Source: Gemmatales bacterium
GTDB lineage: Bacteria; Planctomycetota; Planctomycetia; Gemmatales; HRBIN36
Direction: 5' to 3'
Assembly: GCA_041640595.1 (NCBI GenBank)
Contig: JBEPZY010000001.1
Span: forward strand, 128,001-192,000
DNA length: 64,000 nucleotides
A program made the position numbers and the translations under genes. A model generated the notes under the pieces. That model was given only the letters and a program-made list of their open reading frames with translations. It searched no databases and had not been told where the DNA came from. Shown piece after piece: positions 59,840-64,000 of the stretch. Every line of letters starts with the position of its first letter. Position 1 is the first letter of the stretch.

Positions 59840-60607
59840 TTAGCTGATACCGAAAAAGTAATGCAGTACGAATCCGACGAGATAGGCGACCACCGCCGCA
59901 CATCCGCCGACCAGGAACGTTACCGTGGCCGTCCAGTACCAGGGTTCGTGAATGAACTGGCTTTTCATGGCCCCGACGGTGAAAAATGCCAGTCCGGTCA
60001 GAACGCAGGAAATCCAGAATGCGTGGGGAATCGCCATCGGCCAGAATATGCCGACGAAATACGACAGGAGTGGGACAACACCAACTCCGACAAAGGCCAG
60101 AAACGTGGTCACCGCTGCTCGCCACGGAGAGGGACCGGACAATCGCAGCCCTAATTCCTCGGTGAGCATGGTTTGTACCCAGCGCTCCTCGTCGGCGGTG
60201 ATGACCTCGACGATCTGTTCGAGGATTTCGCCGCTGAATCCTTTTTGAGCGAAAAGCTGGCGGACTTCCTCGCGTTCGCCTTCGGGAAAACGGGCGATGT
60301 GCTCGCGTTCGATCTGGCGAGCTTTTTCGAGCTGCAATTGTTCGGTGCGTGTGGCCAGGAAATTGCTGGCGGCCATGCTGAAACCGTCGGCCAGCAGATT
60401 GACCACGCCAAGGATGCAGACGACTCCCGCCGACAGCGAAGCACCCTCGACGCCGGCGACGATGGCGAAGGTGGTAACCGTGCCGTCAATGGCTCCATAG
60501 ACGAAATCGCGCAGATAGCTGTGCGTGGGTCCCAGCGCCAGCCGTTCGCGGATGGCACTCGGCGTGTGTTCCAGTTCGTGCAGTTTCTGTCGCGTTTCCT
60601 GATCCAT
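59840..60607 (-). CDS. VIT1/CCC1 family Fe/Mn transporter
   Basis: LRDFVYGAIDGTVTTFAIVAG, LADGFSMA, EREEVRQLF, EELG. Confidence 0.93.
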   Translation of the reverse strand: MDQETRQKLHELEHTPSAIRERLALGPTHSYLRDFVYGAIDGTVTTFAIVAGVEGASLSAGVVCILGVVNLLADGFSMAASNFLATRTEQLQLEKARQIEREHIARFPEGEREEVRQLFAQKGFSGEILEQIVEVITADEERWVQTMLTEELGLRLSGPSPWRAAVTTFLAFVGVGVVPLLSYFVGIFWPMAIPHAFWISCVLTGLAFFTVGAMKSQFIHEPWYWTATVTFLVGGCAAVVAYLVGFVLHYFFGIS

Positions 60608-60785
60608 GCCATTATTTTGCGGAAGCAGGGCAGCCCGGCCAATGTCGCAAAACCGGACTGGCACTTTCGGGACGTTATGCTATGGGCACGGGGAAATGTC
60701 GCGGGTGGCGTGTCGGAACACTCCGGCACGCTGCCCAATCCCTGCGGGCGACGCAGGGCCAATTGGCGAATCGCCAGGAGGATTT

Positions 60786-61757
60786 ATGAACCGAATCTGC
60801 CGGTATCTCCGGGCTCAGGAACTTCTCTGGCTGACATGCCTCAGCTGCTGGTTCAGCGTGACGCTGGCGGTTTATGCTCAGACGAACGGAGAAAATCGCA
60901 AGCAGGCCGTGGCTGTGGTCAACGGCGAGGCCATTTCCTGGAATGATTTTCGGGCCGCTCTCGGGCGGATACCACCTCCACCACCGAATTGGCCGGAAGA
61001 ACGCCGCAAAATGCTGGAACGTGAAGTGCTGGCCCTGCTCATTGACGAAACCCTGCTCAAACAATACGCGGCCCGGCATTTTCCCCCGCCCGAACCCGCT
61101 TTGTTGCAGAAACGCCTCGCCGATCTGCAAGCCGCTCTGCAAGCTCGTGGCCAGACGCTGGAAGGTTTCCTGAAAGAGTCGGGCATCACACTGGAAAAAC
61201 TCCGGGAAGAAGTGGCGGCTCTGGAACGGGTACGAGCCTGGGATCAGTGGTTGCGGCAACAGGTCAAGGAAGAGCATTTGCGGGCCTATTACGAAGCCAA
61301 TAAGGAAATGTTCGATGGCGTGGTGATTCGTGCCAGCCATATCGCGTTGCGTGTACCGCCGCAGGCTGACCAGGCCACTCGTCAGAAAATTGCCGCTCAG
61401 TTGCAGGCAGTTCGCCAGGAAATTCTCCAGGGCCTGCCGTTTGCGGAAGCGGCCAAAAAATACTCCCAGGATCCCACCGGCCCGCAGGGTGGCGATCTCG
61501 GTTACTTTCCGCCACGTAGCAACGACAACGATCCCTTTGTGCGAACCGCCAGCCGATTGAAAGTCGGCGAACTCAGCGATGTCGTGCACACCGAATACGG
61601 CTGCCATCTGATCCTGGTCACCGATCGCAAACCAGGCAAGCCGACCACGTTTGAACAGGTCCGCGATACCGTTCTGGATATGTATGTCGAGGAACTCAAA
61701 GCCCAGGTTTTACTCGAGGAACGCAAAAAAGCCAAAATCGAGGTGTACCTCCCCTGA
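60786..61757 (+). CDS. PpiC/parvulin-type peptidyl-prolyl isomerase (SurA/PrsA-like)
   Basis: AGGAGG Shine-Dalgarno; VAVVNGEAI, ASHI, FAEAAKKYSQD, GGDLG, TEYGCHLI. Confidence 0.93.
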   Translation: MNRICRYLRAQELLWLTCLSCWFSVTLAVYAQTNGENRKQAVAVVNGEAISWNDFRAALGRIPPPPPNWPEERRKMLEREVLALLIDETLLKQYAARHFPPPEPALLQKRLADLQAALQARGQTLEGFLKESGITLEKLREEVAALERVRAWDQWLRQQVKEEHLRAYYEANKEMFDGVVIRASHIALRVPPQADQATRQKIAAQLQAVRQEILQGLPFAEAAKKYSQDPTGPQGGDLGYFPPRSNDNDPFVRTASRLKVGELSDVVHTEYGCHLILVTDRKPGKPTTFEQVRDTVLDMYVEELKAQVLLEERKKAKIEVYLP

Positions 61758-61827
61758 CGCTGGAAACATGGCTGCCAGGCCGGCGAGCGCAGGCCTGAAT
61801 CATTGCAGCGATACAGAGGTTGTCGGC

Positions 61828-62676
61828 TCACAGAGCAGCTACCAGCCGGCGATAGGCCTGCTGCAAACGCCGTGTGATCGGGCCAGGCCGACCGTCGCCG
61901 ACCATTTGCCCGTCCACCCGTACCACCGGCAAAATTTCCGAGGTCGTCCCGGTCAAAAACAATTCCGAGACCCGCGGTAAATCGGCCAGACGCAAAACCT
62001 GTTCCTGCACGGGAATGTCCATTTCGCGGGCCAGCCGCAGCACTAAAGCGCGGGTGATGCCGGGCAGAATGTTCGGCGTGCTGGGAGCCGTCAGCAACTT
62101 TCCCTCCATCACGCCGAAACAGCTTGTCCGCGATCCCTCCAGCAACGTGCCATCGGGTAAATAGAGCAACGCCTCGTAAGCACCGGCTTCTTTAGCGGCC
62201 TGGGCGGCAAGAACGTTCGGCAGTAAATTGGTGCTTTTGATATCGCAACGTTCCCAGCGGAGGTCGGGATGCGTGATCACTGCCACGCCCTGTTGCCGGA
62301 GCGGTTCGTAGTGATCCTCGAAATCCTCGACGTAGAAAAATTCCAGAGGCCGGGCCTGCTCCGGAAACACATGCCGCCGCGTCACATCAGCGCCGCGCGT
62401 AATCTGAATATAGAGGATCGCCTCTTGAAAACCGAACCGGGCGATGAGCTGCAGCACCCGGTGCCGTAAACCATCGAGATCGCTAAACGGCAAGCGAATC
62501 GCCTCCAGACTGCGGCGCAGACGGGCCAGGTGTTCCTCCAATAAAAAAGGCTTGCCGCGATACACGCGGATCACCTCATACACGGAATCGCCGAACAGAA
62601 AACCGCGATCCAGCGCCGCAATCCGCGCCTCTTGCAGTGGGACAATTTCGCCATTGACGGAAGCTATAGCTCGCAT
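61828..62676 (-). CDS. dat: Class IV aminotransferase, D-amino acid aminotransferase-like
   Basis: DRGFLFGDSVYEV, YIQITRG..RRH.FP, RWERCDIKSTNLL, ILPGITR, GTTSEI. Confidence 0.85.
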   Translation of the reverse strand: MRAIASVNGEIVPLQEARIAALDRGFLFGDSVYEVIRVYRGKPFLLEEHLARLRRSLEAIRLPFSDLDGLRHRVLQLIARFGFQEAILYIQITRGADVTRRHVFPEQARPLEFFYVEDFEDHYEPLRQQGVAVITHPDLRWERCDIKSTNLLPNVLAAQAAKEAGAYEALLYLPDGTLLEGSRTSCFGVMEGKLLTAPSTPNILPGITRALVLRLAREMDIPVQEQVLRLADLPRVSELFLTGTTSEILPVVRVDGQMVGDGRPGPITRRLQQAYRRLVAAL

Positions 62677-63733
62677 GGCAACAGATTATACGATAAACCA
62701 CAGGTCTGACCATCCGACGCCTGCCAGTGCGGCAGCGGTAGAAAATCACCGATCCGGTCCGCGACAGTCCGCTCCTGTAACCTCGGTGCAACCAGGAGGC
62801 GGCTGGTGTATGCGTCTGGAGCTGGCCTGGGGCAAAATACGCCGCGCCTGGTTACGCTGGTTCCGCCCGAATTACGTTGCCCGCATGCAGGAACAGCGTC
62901 GAGGCAGTTGCCCGAACTGTCCCCATGACGTCGTGGACTACCGCGACCTGAAATACTACCGCAACGTCTGCGGTTGGAGCTTCGACGAGGAAGACCGTTA
63001 CACTCGACCGGGGCGATTACCGTTCGCGCCGCTGGGACACGCAGAAATTGCGGTGAGCGGATTGCTGGCCGCCAGTGTTCTGGGCATAGCCATCCTCGGC
63101 TGGCAATGGTGGCACTGGCCGGGCTGGCTGACCGCTTCGCTTGCGTTCCTGGCCGTGGTAGCCTGGGGCCAGGCCATTTACTTTTTCCGCGACCCCGAAC
63201 GCACCATTCCGCAGGAACCGGGTGTGCTGGTAAGTCCCGCCGATGGTCGGGTGACTCACGTGGAGATCGTGAACGAAGCTGATTTCCCCGAAGGCAGGGC
63301 CCTGCGGATCAGTATCTTTCTCTCCATCTTTGACGTGCACATCAACCGCTCTCCGTGTGCTGGGCGAGTGATGGGCCGACAGTATTTTCCGGGCCGGTTC
63401 GGCAACGCTCTTTTCGACAGCGTCGCGGCGGACAACGAACAGTTCTGGACTGATTTCCAGGAGGCGGAAACCGGCCAGCGAGTGCGGGTGAAGCAGATTG
63501 CCGGAGCCATTGCCCGACGTATCGTCTGCTGGTTACGCGCGGACGAGCAGGTCGAGCGGGGTCAGCGAATCGGATTGATCAAATTCGGTTCGCGCACGGA
63601 CCTGCTGGTCCCGGCAGATGGGACATGGACGGCTTGTGTTCGGCCTGGCGATCGCGTTCGGGGAGGCAGCAGTATCCTTGTGCGCCGGCAACCCCTTTCC
63701 AGTCCGCAGGGCCAGGGCGAACCGCGGCCGTAA
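62675..63733 (+). CDS. psd: Phosphatidylserine decarboxylase proenzyme with N-terminal extension; start uncertain (62675 or 62810)
   Basis: FFRDPER, SPADG, SIFLSIFDVHINRSP, QIAGAIARRIV, IKFGSRTD self-cleavage site. Confidence 0.9.
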   Translation: MATDYTINHRSDHPTPASAAAVENHRSGPRQSAPVTSVQPGGGWCMRLELAWGKIRRAWLRWFRPNYVARMQEQRRGSCPNCPHDVVDYRDLKYYRNVCGWSFDEEDRYTRPGRLPFAPLGHAEIAVSGLLAASVLGIAILGWQWWHWPGWLTASLAFLAVVAWGQAIYFFRDPERTIPQEPGVLVSPADGRVTHVEIVNEADFPEGRALRISIFLSIFDVHINRSPCAGRVMGRQYFPGRFGNALFDSVAADNEQFWTDFQEAETGQRVRVKQIAGAIARRIVCWLRADEQVERGQRIGLIKFGSRTDLLVPADGTWTACVRPGDRVRGGSSILVRRQPLSSPQGQGEPRP

Positions 63734-63841
63734 GCGATCGGGCTTGCGATTTTAGTCCGGTTAGGCTTTAGTACGCCAGCAAGACCAACCCGGTGAATGC
63801 TGCGGACAAAATCGTCCACGTGCAAGGGAGCGGCGTATTCC

Positions 63842-64000
63842 ATGAAACTGCGCTGGCTGTTTCGGGCTGGGTTGCTGGCATTGCTGGTGGCGATCGGCTG
63901 GCTGGTCTGGTCGCTGTGGTGGCTGCGCGATCCGGAAACGTTGCGGCAACAGGTCGTGGAGTTGCTAGCGCAGCGGTTACCGCAAGCGGCAGTGAGCGTG
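63842..64000 (+). CDS. N-terminus of a membrane-anchored protein, possibly AsmA-like; partial at the window edge
   Basis: Open frame MKLRWLFRAGLLALLVAIGWLVWSLWWLRDPETLRQQVVELLAQRLPQAAVSV runs off the window. Confidence 0.6.
   Translation, partial: MKLRWLFRAGLLALLVAIGWLVWSLWWLRDPETLRQQVVELLAQRLPQAAVSV

Overview
Gene-dense bacterial chromosomal window of about 45 CDS. It is very probably from a Planctomycete, plausibly Gemmatales: it carries two DUF1549/DUF1553 + DUF1501 gene pairs, a Tat-type Gfo/Idh/MocA oxidoreductase, a CsrA-family gene and several planctomycete-style exported hypothetical proteins. Content is mostly housekeeping and envelope genes (lysS, LolC/E permease, birA, tatD, nuoN, mnmE, yidC, tdh, sppA, PpiC, D-amino acid aminotransferase, psd). 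I saw no rRNA, tRNA, CRISPR array, integrase or transposase. The most notable observations are: (1) a membrane-anchored protein between yidC and mnmE with one VWA domain nested inside another; (2) a compact promoter-led operon encoding a stand-alone E2-type acyltransferase catalytic domain plus two paralogous HpnA-like reductases; (3) two neighbouring exported hydrolase homologues that appear to lack their catalytic Ser; (4) a cluster of REP-like palindromes with a compensatory base-pair change, next to heptamer repeats, inside a TerC/ArsC/VIT1 metal-handling region; (5) an orphan nuoN translationally coupled to a ferritin-like gene; (6) patchy GC composition that changes inside ordinary genes. 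All product calls come from recognising motifs by eye; no database search was run.
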